Shown in pieces: positions 1 through 9,734 of a stretch of DNA of 64,000 bases (position 1 is its first letter; each line of letters begins with the position of its first letter). A program made the translations under genes and the position numbers. The notes beneath the pieces were generated by a model. It saw nothing but the letters and a program-made list of their open reading frames with translations, searched no databases and was not told the DNA's origin. Origin of the DNA: a virus. The stretch lies in the IMG/VR virus record IMGVR_UViG_3300034683_000092, positions 1 through 64,000 of that record. One strand, 5' to 3'.

Positions 1-1765
1 TATTCGCATACGTAGCCGTGGGCGCAATAACCGCAGACGCACTGCGCGAAGAAGCAGTGCTATTACGCGCAGCACCACCAAAAGACACACCCTTACGTGC
101 TTTTTTACCCGCAGTGGCACCTCCTAATCTATACGAATAAGCACACTCTCCAGTATGCAATGAGCCACCACCATTCTTGATTATTAATGAATTATTGTTC
201 ATTCTTAACACCCAACCTTCACCATTTGCAATTTGTTGCACTTTTTGGTAAGCATTTTCAAACGCATATTTCACGCCTAAATCTTTTTCAGCACTATCGG
301 TGTCAATAGTTACTTTGTTAACATCGCTAGTCTGATAGAAATGATAATTTGTATTGTCTGTCCAAGCATCTATTCCGCTAGTCCAGCAATACAAATGCCC
401 CCACGTTGCAACCCTACCTTTGATGATAACCTGCTCAAGCAAGTAATCAATCTGCATATTGGTAACATCAACATTATTAGTTACATCACGACCTGTAAAG
501 CTAACAGTAACTTTTTTCCTAAGTTTGGCTGTCATTTCGCCATCAACAAGGCCGTTGTGACCTGTAATGTTGGCATATTGATAAGTCGCACCGTCATAAC
601 TAAAATCAGTATTAGGCGCTATGCTGTTAGCGTAAGCATAACTTAACGCCAACTGTGCCTCAAACATCTTCAGTAATGGTCTCTGACCGTTAAGCAAAGT
701 CCAAAAGTTAACGGCAGGTTGTCCGCTTGCCGATGAAAAGCGGCTGCTTGACAGATTATAATAGTTAAATGTAGCATTTGTTTCAGTCACACGAACGCCT
801 GTCACTGTGCCCCAAGTGCTAACAGTTGGTGCACTATCGTTAGATGAGAGTGCTTTGCCAGCATAAGCACTACCGTGGTAATCTTTGGTTTTGAACTTGA
901 TGCATAGCAATGTATGCCATACGTCTCTATCAAGCCAGAAGCTGTTAGAGTAAGGCACATTCTTGCTTGTGTCAGTGTTTTTATCCCTAGCATATAACTC
1001 ATAATTGAACCTTGATACTTCTGCTTTGATGCCTCCTAAACCGTTGGCAAGGTAGGATATACCACCGACACCAGCTCCACCTGTACCTGCAACTGTGTTA
1101 TCACGGATAGACCTCTGCTTACCATCTTTAATAGTAGAATAATCAATACAAACACCATGAGCAGGTATTTCTATTGCCGCATCACCATCGTAAACAAATG
1201 GCACTTTACCAACTAGCCTGCGCTCGTAAGTCTCGTTTGTGCCTCCATTTAAGACGTAAATAGGACTTTCGTTGACTAACATAACATCACTACCATCATC
1301 GGTTACAATTGTACCGTCAATGATAATGTTGCTATCTGTTCCGTCTTCCATCTTGAATAGGTTAACTTGATTAAAGTAACCCGTAACCTTACCATCTTTG
1401 ACTTTGGCCACCTTAAACATAGCCATTACAGGATGACTAGATTGGTAAGCTGTGGTTCCAATCCATCTTGTCATAGCAGGATCAAGACCTCTGGTAAACT
1501 CAACACCATAGCACAAGCGTTGTGCTTCAAGTTCTGTCACACGATCGGTTAGTGGCTGAATAGCCAAGTAGTTCCCTTTACACAATGGTCCCCACCATGT
1601 CGTGTCTGTTAACTCATGCCCAACGTTAGGGGCTTCTGCCGTACCCTGTTTGGATATAAACGATGATTCACCATCAAAAACGACATCAAACTTAATGTAA
1701 TTTGTTAAATTGGAATAGTTGCCTTTATAAAGTGGCGCAACTCGACCAATGATTCTTGTAGCCAT
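1..1765 (-). CDS. Tail fibre / receptor-binding protein with C-terminal CLec-type (DGR-target-like) end; 3' end outside window, absent from ORF track
   Basis: Manual translation from ATG 1765 (MATRIIGRVAPLYKGNY...DVVFDGESSF) is open for 588 codons to position 2 and ends ...RKGVSFGGAARNSTASSRSASAVIAPTATYAN; lies in the fibre gene block. Confidence 0.85.
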   Translation of the reverse strand, partial: MATRIIGRVAPLYKGNYSNLTNYIKFDVVFDGESSFISKQGTAEAPNVGHELTDTTWWGPLCKGNYLAIQPLTDRVTELEAQRLCYGVEFTRGLDPAMTRWIGTTAYQSSHPVMAMFKVAKVKDGKVTGYFNQVNLFKMEDGTDSNIIIDGTIVTDDGSDVMLVNESPIYVLNGGTNETYERRLVGKVPFVYDGDAAIEIPAHGVCIDYSTIKDGKQRSIRDNTVAGTGGAGVGGISYLANGLGGIKAEVSRFNYELYARDKNTDTSKNVPYSNSFWLDRDVWHTLLCIKFKTKDYHGSAYAGKALSSNDSAPTVSTWGTVTGVRVTETNATFNYYNLSSSRFSSASGQPAVNFWTLLNGQRPLLKMFEAQLALSYAYANSIAPNTDFSYDGATYQYANITGHNGLVDGEMTAKLRKKVTVSFTGRDVTNNVDVTNMQIDYLLEQVIIKGRVATWGHLYCWTSGIDAWTDNTNYHFYQTSDVNKVTIDTDSAEKDLGVKYAFENAYQKVQQIANGEGWVLRMNNNSLIIKNGGGSLHTGECAYSYRLGGATAGKKARKGVSFGGAARNSTASSRSASAVIAPTATYAN

Positions 1766-1778
1766 ATACTTGTTTTTT

Positions 1779-2168
1779 TTAATAGATTAAAACTAAATTG
1801 CCATCCGCATTAATCTCATAATCATCCGTAGCGGTGTCAGGATAATTAAGAATGAGGTTATGCATACTGTCAATGTATAAGCTGACATCTGCATTTGGTA
1901 GCACTGCCTCCCCACCTGAGGAGGCCTTAACGAAAAAATCGCCAACCTGCGCAAATAGGTTTTCTTTTGTTCCGTAGCTTATTCCAGCAGAATCAGACAA
2001 GTCGCTTATTTTGCCTATATACAAAGGGGCGTTATTTGAGTTGTTATATATATATATTGTTTCATCTACTATTTTAGATGAGATATCATAAGATACTAAC
2101 TCTAGTCCTCTCCCGTCACTAGTCTGCAATATCCATATTCCATTTTCTTGCTTGTATAGCTTTGTCAT
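1779..2168 (-). CDS. Small virion/fibre-associated protein
   Basis: Intact ORF in the fibre block; C-terminal YPDTATDDYEINADGNLVLIY motif shared with the upstream gene. Confidence 0.6.
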   Translation of the reverse strand: MTKLYKQENGIWILQTSDGRGLELVSYDISSKIVDETIYIYNNSNNAPLYIGKISDLSDSAGISYGTKENLFAQVGDFFVKASSGGEAVLPNADVSLYIDSMHNLILNYPDTATDDYEINADGNLVLIY

Positions 2169-2210
2169 AATGTATTGTTATTTATTAGTTTTTTTTTAAA
2201 ATTTTATTTA

Positions 2211-3743
2211 TTAATAAGTTAAAATTAATTCTCCGTTTTCATTGATTGAATAATCATCGGTCAAAGTATCTGGGTATGTAATAGTAAGTTCGTTTAAAGT
2301 GTTTATTTCAAAAGAAACGGCCGACTGTCTATATGAGTTTAATTCAGAGTCAAGACCTATAACGTCTGCTTGTAAATTGTCAATTTCCGATTCGGCAGAT
2401 GAAAGTCTGACATCTATAGCCCTCCCTTGATTAGCAGACAAAGGTTTGGTTATAGAAGTAGATAAAAGGCTGTCTATTGCATTTAGCTGTATATTGTCGG
2501 CATTAACAGTTATCCCATCGTTAGCGGAAATAACGTTTAATGTTCTATCGGAGGATATTGCTCCTCCACCAGTAAGACCAGCTCCAGCTACTATTTGTTT
2601 TGACTGTATATCCGATTTAACATCATCAACACGCAAATCTAAATTACTCAAATCTGACCGAATCTCTGCTAAATCAGTTTGGTTTGGTATTCTCTCCCAT
2701 TTAGTCAAGTCAGACCAAGTCGTGCTGTCAATTCCATTATATTGATAATTTACAGCAGTTGGAGCAAATCCTTCTTTTAAAATGTTAAATGATATTAATC
2801 CTGATTCTTCAGCACTGTCAGCGGCATAAGAATAAGTTGTTATTTTTTTAGCTATATTGTTATTCCCATACGTCAGAGTAAATTTATTTGCGACCCCGCT
2901 ATCAGTCCAAGACCAAGGAGCGTAATCTACATATGTCGAGTCACTCAATTTATCAGCTATCTCTATAGCTGTCATTCCTGCTGTAACACTAATAGTTGAT
3001 TTTAAAACGCCATCTAGATATATAGAAATTGATCCATCTACTGTAGCGGCTTTGTTAACAATTAATTCAACTTGTGGATATTCTACTGACAAGTAAGAGA
3101 TTATCCTATTAGATGTTTTATAAACTAATGGGACTACATTTAATGCGTCCGATAAACTAGAATAATATTTTGTTGACGTACCATTTGAGCAATCAAATAT
3201 TGATGTCTCATTTTTCTTCGCATTATCTGCTCCGTCAGTTATGTCTATATAAACAGACCCTGACCATTTATATTGCGCTCCTGTATTTAAAACGTTATAT
3301 ATAACACCGTTTAATCCCGTAGCAGGCAATGATTCATATGTTGCGACATCAGTAACGGTAGCTGTATCTCCATATGTTTTTTCAATTGGAATCTTTCCAT
3401 TAGAATCTAATCCAGCATACCCACTTGGTTGATCTTTTTCAGAAACAGATTGCTTGGTATTTATTAACTCTTGCTTTGGCAATTTAGTCCATCCAGCTAT
3501 TGATTTTCTATTTCCCCAGTTATCTAATCTATATTTGCAATCTTCTGACACAACAAACCATTCTTGCCCTATTGCATCAGACCCGTCTTTTAATATAGAC
3601 AATATTGAATCGTTTATATCGTATAGTTCAGATATTGTATCTACGCTTCTGTGCCCAGAAATTTCTGTCGCATCGACAATCCCAAATGATTGCGGATTAT
3701 TAGATGCTAATTTAACTGGAAATGTTATTTTATTTTCACTCAT
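2211..3743 (-). CDS. Putative tail/head fibre protein
   Basis: Mosaic 510 aa ORF with GYAGLDSNGKIP and GAGLTGGG..SSDRTLNV fibre-type motifs and coiled-coil segments. Confidence 0.65.
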   Translation of the reverse strand: MSENKITFPVKLASNNPQSFGIVDATEISGHRSVDTISELYDINDSILSILKDGSDAIGQEWFVVSEDCKYRLDNWGNRKSIAGWTKLPKQELINTKQSVSEKDQPSGYAGLDSNGKIPIEKTYGDTATVTDVATYESLPATGLNGVIYNVLNTGAQYKWSGSVYIDITDGADNAKKNETSIFDCSNGTSTKYYSSLSDALNVVPLVYKTSNRIISYLSVEYPQVELIVNKAATVDGSISIYLDGVLKSTISVTAGMTAIEIADKLSDSTYVDYAPWSWTDSGVANKFTLTYGNNNIAKKITTYSYAADSAEESGLISFNILKEGFAPTAVNYQYNGIDSTTWSDLTKWERIPNQTDLAEIRSDLSNLDLRVDDVKSDIQSKQIVAGAGLTGGGAISSDRTLNVISANDGITVNADNIQLNAIDSLLSTSITKPLSANQGRAIDVRLSSAESEIDNLQADVIGLDSELNSYRQSAVSFEINTLNELTITYPDTLTDDYSINENGELILTY

Positions 3744-3746
3744 ATT

Positions 3747-4637
3747 TTATTGAAAATTTAAAGTTGCGTTAGTAAATGCCCCGTCATTTGCAGATGTATA
3801 CACATTTAATGTAATACTAAGTCCAGCAGCATTTATATATGTCACATTCGTTTTATTAAAAGCAGATAATACTGGTATAGATCCGTTTTGTATTATAGAT
3901 GTTAAATTGCCTAATGATTGAGGATACGCATATACGTAATATTGACCAGCAGTTGTTGTTACGCCTGAAACTGTTTTAGCTCTGCTGGTAACGAGTTCGC
4001 CAGTTAAGGCAGACACTTGTTCGCCTGTTGGCGTTTGGCTTGTCACGGAGCCTCTAAATAGATTGTGCTTAAACGTTACAGTCATTGATTTATAAGATTT
4101 GTCTTCTCCTGTAGCATTTACAACTTTTTCACCGTTTATTAATAATCCTTTTTTATCTGCATAAAGATTTTGGGTTATTGATCTATTAGACGTAATGCCT
4201 GTTATATTTGTCGTATTTGAATTTTGTCCATCAAATGGAAGAGTTGACCCTAAATCCCCATCTGTTCTTTCTGGGTTTTTATATCCAGTAGAACTGTTCC
4301 ATTTAAAATTACCACTCCAGCTAACTGAATATCCATTTTCTAATATTAAATTATCACTTGTAGATGTAGTTCCTCCGCTTATCGTCCAAGTTCCTGTCAT
4401 AGAGATTTGAACAACTGGTTTATCTTCTTCTACTTTTTTTATAGTTTCTGATTCTTCGATAGCAGTTAGCCTGTTATCAAATTCAGTTACATCATTGCTC
4501 AAGTTCGCAACGTCATCTTTTGCATTTGACAATTCATTTGCATTTGTAATAACCGCTTGAGCCAATTGATTCATCTCAGAAGCAGTCTGCTTATCTCCTT
4601 CTGATTTATATATCCATGTTGGTGTTTCTATTGCCAT
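3747..4637 (-). CDS. Putative fibre/decoration protein (N-terminal coiled coil plus beta-rich Thr/Ser/Gly domain)
   Basis: Composition and position in the late structural block. Confidence 0.55.
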   Translation of the reverse strand: MAIETPTWIYKSEGDKQTASEMNQLAQAVITNANELSNAKDDVANLSNDVTEFDNRLTAIEESETIKKVEEDKPVVQISMTGTWTISGGTTSTSDNLILENGYSVSWSGNFKWNSSTGYKNPERTDGDLGSTLPFDGQNSNTTNITGITSNRSITQNLYADKKGLLINGEKVVNATGEDKSYKSMTVTFKHNLFRGSVTSQTPTGEQVSALTGELVTSRAKTVSGVTTTAGQYYVYAYPQSLGNLTSIIQNGSIPVLSAFNKTNVTYINAAGLSITLNVYTSANDGAFTNATLNFQ

Positions 4638-4639
4638 AT

Positions 4640-5197
4640 TTATTTTATTAATTCAGCTTTCGCTCTTGTTAAAAACATAAGTCTATCAGACAATCCATTG
4701 TATCCACCATTTATTCTTTTAGTAATAGCCTTAAAGTCATCTTTATCGGCTAAGGTATTAAGATTCCTATTATCCCAAAACCAGCAACTTACTAATGTAG
4801 CCAAATGTGGTTGCTCCAGTAAATTAGGGTTTTTAATTATATCAGGTGCTCCATTTAGCCATTTTTGAAAAGCCTTGTAATTGCCAAGTCCTGTAAGTTG
4901 GATTAAACCACGTCCTTTATATCGTTGGCCATCACCGTCTTTTTCTGGTGTATTGCCTAAATTAATAGCTTTCTTACCAGTGTCATAAGCTTCTCCAGAT
5001 GCGATCTCTTTAGTATAGTTGAGGCTGCCACTCTCATGGGCTACTTGCGCTAAAAAATGGCATATTCTTAACGGCGTGTCAATGCTAAATAAAGGCAATA
5101 CCTTATTAAACTCAGACGTGTATATTTTAATATTCTTACTAGATGCGTAAGGAATGATCTTTTTCAGTTGTAATTCAGTTAAATTAACCATAAACAA
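4640..5197 (-). CDS. Glycoside hydrolase family 19 endolysin
   Basis: FLAQVAHESG, YKGRGLIQLTG, ITKRINGG motifs. Confidence 0.92.
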   Translation of the reverse strand: MFMVNLTELQLKKIIPYASSKNIKIYTSEFNKVLPLFSIDTPLRICHFLAQVAHESGSLNYTKEIASGEAYDTGKKAINLGNTPEKDGDGQRYKGRGLIQLTGLGNYKAFQKWLNGAPDIIKNPNLLEQPHLATLVSCWFWDNRNLNTLADKDDFKAITKRINGGYNGLSDRLMFLTRAKAELIK

Positions 5198-5480
5198 AGT
5201 TGTATATTAATTGATAAACATTATCTGGTAATCCAATATATGATATTTCTGATTTTTCAGACTTGATTAATGTGTCGTTATTTAAAACATCATATATAAG
5301 CTGATATAAACTTAAGATTTCTTTTTCATTTAACAATCCTGTATTTTGATTTTCATCAATAAGCTCGTTTATCATAAATGAAAGCAATAAATTTTCTCTT
5401 AGGTCATATTTATCAATACCATATATTTCTAAGTATTTATATACCCTATTAAGATATGATATTAAATCTTTTCGATCCAT
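5184..5480 (-). CDS. Virion protein, positional equivalent of a crAss tail hub subunit
   Basis: Synteny after the auxiliary capsid gene; stop/start overlap with the neighbour. Confidence 0.4.
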   Translation of the reverse strand: MDRKDLISYLNRVYKYLEIYGIDKYDLRENLLLSFMINELIDENQNTGLLNEKEILSLYQLIYDVLNNDTLIKSEKSEISYIGLPDNVYQLIYNFVYG

Positions 5481-6043
5481 TATATAGAAGTATTAATTAT
5501 ATCATTTTTATAAGCCTTCATGTAATCAGTCCACATTTTAGATGCAGCGACATATTCTTTTTCTAATAAAAGTAATTCAATAGATAACTTTTTTAAATAT
5601 AAATCAATTATATTCTCATTTGATCTATATGGGCTTTCATGTGAATACTTTTTGTTTATTTCAAAAAGAATATATTTGTATATATTTATTAGATTACAGA
5701 CATGCCTTACTTCTAACTGCTTAAAATCAGCTATAACAATGGTTGGCTCACCGTTTAACTTAATATATATGAAATACAGCCCAGTTGCTGACAATCCATT
5801 ATCTATAAGAGTCTGTATTTGAAATGTTTTTGAATAACTTTTATTATTTGTTAATACAAACTCGCCACTAGCAGATCCGCTTATCTCTATTTGAGGAGAT
5901 GCTGGATATTCAACAGTGTATTTAGAATTATCATTTATTGCTATTTTATCTATTGTAACATCTGCATACTCTACATCTGTTGGTACGGATGCATTAATTG
6001 TTAATTCATCTCCGTATTTTGATAAAGATATATTTATATTCAT
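5480..6043 (-). CDS. Virion protein, positional equivalent of a crAss tail hub subunit (start revised to MNINISL)
   Basis: The ORF-track start at 6088 lies inside a terminator hairpin; ATG 6043 follows an A-rich leader. Confidence 0.45.
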   Translation of the reverse strand: MNINISLSKYGDELTINASVPTDVEYADVTIDKIAINDNSKYTVEYPASPQIEISGSASGEFVLTNNKSYSKTFQIQTLIDNGLSATGLYFIYIKLNGEPTIVIADFKQLEVRHVCNLINIYKYILFEINKKYSHESPYRSNENIIDLYLKKLSIELLLLEKEYVAASKMWTDYMKAYKNDIINTSI

Positions 6044-6054
6044 ATTTTTTATAT

Positions 6055-6100
6055 AAAAAAAAAAGAGGCATAGGCGTGTGTGAAACAAACCTATGCCCCT
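6055..6100 (-). terminator. Rho-independent terminator after the auxiliary capsid gene
   Basis: GGGGCATAGG...CCTATGCCTC followed by a long U run on the minus strand. Confidence 0.85.
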
Positions 6101-6108
6101 ATTATTAT

Positions 6109-7059
6109 TTAGGCAAAAGTAACGCCTTTAGTTACAAGAGCGGCCTTTACTGCTGTAGCAACAGTACCAAGAGCGTAATCTGTCTCTGGATCAACAATTG
6201 CGTCGTCAGAAACTAAAGCAAGAGTAAGTTGCTTTTTAGATCTTTGGACATCTTCACCGTCACCAGCATAGAAATATTCAATCTCAATAAAGTCATATTT
6301 ACTAGATGTACTAGCAACATATTCTGTATCAAAATTGTTAGGATAACCAGACGACCTGTATTGATCTCCACGTTCACCAATGTAGAACCATTCCATGTCA
6401 GCAACTTTGCGTCCATTGAACATCTCACGTGCTGCAAGAGTTGTGGTCTCAGACAATGTAATATCTGAAATAGAAGCCCAAGTAACATCGTATGAATTAG
6501 TCGCATCTGTTACATCTGGGCACAATACGGTAAAGCTGATTCTTGAATCTTGAATTTTACCAAGCTTGTAAGGAGGTGTCTTTTCAGTAATATAAACACC
6601 GTTAGCGTCTGATGTAAATGTGAACAGTTGATTAGGTTCTCTAGAAAAGTTTGCAATAAGCGAATTCTTGAGTCCTGCATATAAATCAGCAGCAGTAGTA
6701 GTTACTGCTCTAAAGACACCATATTTTACATATTGTGTTTCAGGAGATTGATCATACTGTCCAGTTGTTATAATTCGTACCAGGTAATCTTTGCCAGCAA
6801 CAACTGTATATCCTGATGCTAAAGCGACTTTAACCTTTTTAAGATAAGTGGGCTTTGCGATTACAGATTTTGCATAAGTAATGTTTTTAATTGGTACAAT
6901 ATCAGTGCGAGTTACACCGCCTGGGCTTTGATATTTAATATGGAATTCGCTTCCATTAACTCCGCCAACCAACACGTCTCCAACAGCGGAAAGTGCAGAG
7001 GCTTGATTTGCTTTTACTACATAAAGGTGACGACTCTGGTCGTTAGAAAAAGTAGCCAT
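6109..7059 (-). CDS. crAss-like auxiliary capsid (decoration) protein
   Basis: MATFSNDQSRHLYVV N-terminus, ADMEWFYIGERGDQYR..GYP motif, position after the ring genes. Confidence 0.75.
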   Translation of the reverse strand: MATFSNDQSRHLYVVKANQASALSAVGDVLVGGVNGSEFHIKYQSPGGVTRTDIVPIKNITYAKSVIAKPTYLKKVKVALASGYTVVAGKDYLVRIITTGQYDQSPETQYVKYGVFRAVTTTAADLYAGLKNSLIANFSREPNQLFTFTSDANGVYITEKTPPYKLGKIQDSRISFTVLCPDVTDATNSYDVTWASISDITLSETTTLAAREMFNGRKVADMEWFYIGERGDQYRSSGYPNNFDTEYVASTSSKYDFIEIEYFYAGDGEDVQRSKKQLTLALVSDDAIVDPETDYALGTVATAVKAALVTKGVTFA

Positions 7060-7088
7060 AGTTTTTTATTTGTTAAATTAATAATTTA

Positions 7089-7790
7089 TTATTGAGCCTC
7101 AGATTGTCTATTAGACGCACCAATACGGTTTACTGCAAGCTCAACAGCTTTGTTTAAAATCTCTTCTAATATAATATCATTAAACTCTATTTCCTGAGGA
7201 GAGTTTTTTCCTCCAATCTCAACGTTTCCTAAATATTCAAGAATAATAGGATTTGGTATCTTATAATATCTAATCCAATACTCTATGTTATATTTGCTTA
7301 TTACCTCGACTGTATCTCCAGATGAATATTGAGATTCTATTCTATACGCTTCGTTGTCAAGCTTAATCCTGAATGGGTTCTTATAATCCCTATTGTATTC
7401 ATCATGCTTAATCGGAACAACTGGTATAAACCTGTTAGAAAGATAAGTACCGATACTTAATACTCTTACATTCTCTTGATTAATAAATGCGACATCTAAA
7501 GGTAATTTAAATCTTTTAGAGTTATCTAGATTTGTTTGATTGACAGGCAATTGATCACATTTAGCCACTCTAAGCAATTTAGACAATGCTTTTCTGGATG
7601 ACTCATCTGTTTCAGATCCAGATAAATATATCGCTTTAAATATAGTGTTTTGAGCTTCCGTTAAAAGCAGTGACTTCTCGTATTCGTCTAATTTAATATT
7701 GTATAGATTCTCATTTGTCTTCGTATCAGCAGAAGATGAAAAGCTGTTTAGTTTAACGTCAAATCTGTTTGACAATTCAAAAATATCCAT
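7089..7790 (-). CDS. crAss-like tail ring / adaptor protein
   Basis: E.S..FD...EYEKSLLLTEAQ...RYYKIPNPIIL...EIL.KAVELA; paralog of the next gene. Confidence 0.75.
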   Translation of the reverse strand: MDIFELSNRFDVKLNSFSSSADTKTNENLYNIKLDEYEKSLLLTEAQNTIFKAIYLSGSETDESSRKALSKLLRVAKCDQLPVNQTNLDNSKRFKLPLDVAFINQENVRVLSIGTYLSNRFIPVVPIKHDEYNRDYKNPFRIKLDNEAYRIESQYSSGDTVEVISKYNIEYWIRYYKIPNPIILEYLGNVEIGGKNSPQEIEFNDIILEEILNKAVELAVNRIGASNRQSEAQ

Positions 7791-8536
7791 TATTCACTTC
7801 TTTGATTTATTTGAGAAACAATATTTATATTACCTTCATAATATGCCTTAGCTAACTCAACAGCTCTTGATAAGATCTCTGAATGCAATATAGGATTTAA
7901 TTCGCATTCAGAAATGTCTGAAAGGCCATCTATGGTAAACCCATAAGAAGATATATCAGATAATATAATAGGCTTTGGCTTCCTTATATACCTCATGACG
8001 TATGAATCAGTTACAACTGTATGTCCAGTGTGCGGTATTATCTCGCAATAACAAGCAGTGTTGTGTTGTGAGTTATTTACTGCATATTTAAACATTCGCC
8101 ATACCTGCCTTTTTAGCGGCTCAAAATATGGTTTTAGTGACAATCTTGCGTATTCATCACTTGTTATAGGCATTATATTACATCTAGTACTTTTTCCACC
8201 ATATTTAGTTACAATAGCTTCATTCACTGGAATAAACAGATCACTTGGCGCAGCATACAAAATAGACCTTTCGTCTAATAGATCTTGCCCTGAACTTATG
8301 CTTGTATTTAATATCTTAGTTTGCATTAACTCAGAAAACTCTATTTGCCTCTTAGGATTTCCATCTATGCCAGCAGAGTACTTATTCCCTGCTGGATTAA
8401 TATGGTTTTTAAGAATCTCCTCTTGAGCTTGAGTCAGTATAAAAGACTTTTCAAATTCTTCAAGCCCAGGAGCAGTGTTATTGCTTATGTTATTATACAG
8501 AATATCAAAGCCTTGAGAAAATTCAGATACATTCAT
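7790..8536 (-). CDS. crAss-like tail ring / adaptor protein
   Basis: MNVSEFSQGFDILYNNI.NN.APGLEEFEKS..LTQAQE and RYIRKPKPIIL...CELNPILH.EIL.RAVELA. Confidence 0.8.
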   Translation of the reverse strand: MNVSEFSQGFDILYNNISNNTAPGLEEFEKSFILTQAQEEILKNHINPAGNKYSAGIDGNPKRQIEFSELMQTKILNTSISSGQDLLDERSILYAAPSDLFIPVNEAIVTKYGGKSTRCNIMPITSDEYARLSLKPYFEPLKRQVWRMFKYAVNNSQHNTACYCEIIPHTGHTVVTDSYVMRYIRKPKPIILSDISSYGFTIDGLSDISECELNPILHSEILSRAVELAKAYYEGNINIVSQINQRSE

Positions 8537-8542
8537 AAATGT

Positions 8543-9544
8543 TTACTTTTTAGTTTGCGCCATAATAGCGATTCGTAAATTCTGATTCTTAGGAAGATTC
8601 AAATACCTACTAGCAATAGCTAAAGTAGGTTCTTCGTTATCTGCACACAAAGGCATATTGCCTTCTTTCAAATAATAAAAATCTCCTCTTTTTGAAATCA
8701 CACGCTGCTCTACAGCTTCTTTAATGAGTAGTTTTGTTTTTATATATGGGTCATTTGCTACTATTATAAATAATTTGGCATTTGCCGAGATAACCTTTTG
8801 AGCTGCTGCAAGGACGATTGCTGGATCTTCTTTGGCAATTGGTCTGCCATCAACTGTTTCAACAATTAGTTTAAGAAGCTTAATGTCTGATTGCAATTCG
8901 CCTAGTTTCATATAGGCTTCCATATTTGCACTAAGCTCTTTGTTCTTAAGACTAACCTCTTCGTTCTCTTTGATTATAACAAACTTATAAGTTCTCTTTG
9001 GTGATTCCTGTAGAGTTGTTATATTAGGGCAAATAGCATCTTTATTAGACAATAGCACTTTGTACTTAATGTAATCGTCTGGAATAGACAAGTCTAAATA
9101 ATTATCCTCTTTTGTTAATCTAATGTATACGTTATCCCAATAGTTGTTAACCTTTAAATAGATAGACAAAGCATTCTTCTCAAGACCCATAGCTTGTTCT
9201 AAAAACGCTTTCTCTTTGTTAGTTAAAACATTCACGTAGTTACCGCTGCCCTCTAAACGTGGAACACAATACACTTTAACAGCATTAGCTGCCATACCTC
9301 CATAATAAACGTGTTTAGGGTTATTAATAACACCATCTTCACGAAGTACTGGTCTTATGATAACTCTTTCGTTTGTTAGGCAAGACTCTACAACGTCATG
9401 CGACTCTTCTTTTTTTGAATTAGATGTAGCGCTTTTCTTTATATCATCAATAACCTCTTTTAGATCACTAGTTACAGTTCTCTCAACAGTTTCATCGATG
9501 GATAAATCAACGTCTAATTCATCAATTTCTTTCTTCTTTACCAT
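8543..9544 (-). CDS. Conserved crAss-like protein encoded downstream of the major capsid protein
   Basis: NVLT..EK.FLE..MGLE...LS.Y....NYW and LDLS.P.DYIKYKVL motifs; synteny. Confidence 0.7.
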   Translation of the reverse strand: MVKKKEIDELDVDLSIDETVERTVTSDLKEVIDDIKKSATSNSKKEESHDVVESCLTNERVIIRPVLREDGVINNPKHVYYGGMAANAVKVYCVPRLEGSGNYVNVLTNKEKAFLEQAMGLEKNALSIYLKVNNYWDNVYIRLTKEDNYLDLSIPDDYIKYKVLLSNKDAICPNITTLQESPKRTYKFVIIKENEEVSLKNKELSANMEAYMKLGELQSDIKLLKLIVETVDGRPIAKEDPAIVLAAAQKVISANAKLFIIVANDPYIKTKLLIKEAVEQRVISKRGDFYYLKEGNMPLCADNEEPTLAIASRYLNLPKNQNLRIAIMAQTKK

Positions 9545-9578
9545 TATTTTCTCCCAATTTTAATTAATAAATATTTTG

Positions 9579-9651
9579 TGTGAATAAATAGAATTGAACT
9601 ATTGACACAAGGATTTTCAGTCCTTTGCTCTACCAACTGAGCTATATTCAC
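9579..9651 (-). tRNA. tRNA-Phe(GAA)
   Basis: Cloverleaf GTGAATA/TATTCAC, D arm GCTC..GAGC, anticodon loop CTGAAAA, T arm AATAG-TTCAATT-CTATT. Confidence 0.92.
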
Positions 9652-9660
9652 ATTTAATAG

Positions 9661-9732
9661 TTGCGAGAGGTGGAATCGAACCACCGACCATTAGGATATG
9701 AGCCTAATAAGCTACCTCTGCTCTATCTCGCA
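9661..9732 (-). tRNA. tRNA-Met(CAT), initiator-like
   Basis: TGCGAGA/TCTCGCA acceptor, A11:U24 pair, anticodon loop CTCATAT, GGTGG-TTCGATT-CCACC T arm. Confidence 0.9.
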
Positions 9733-9734
9733 AT

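Noticed and set aside
9545-9580. Theta (HDV-like) ribozyme 3' of the tRNAs
   Set aside because: Only about 35 AT-rich nt follow tRNA-Phe before the next start codon; no nested pseudoknot is possible
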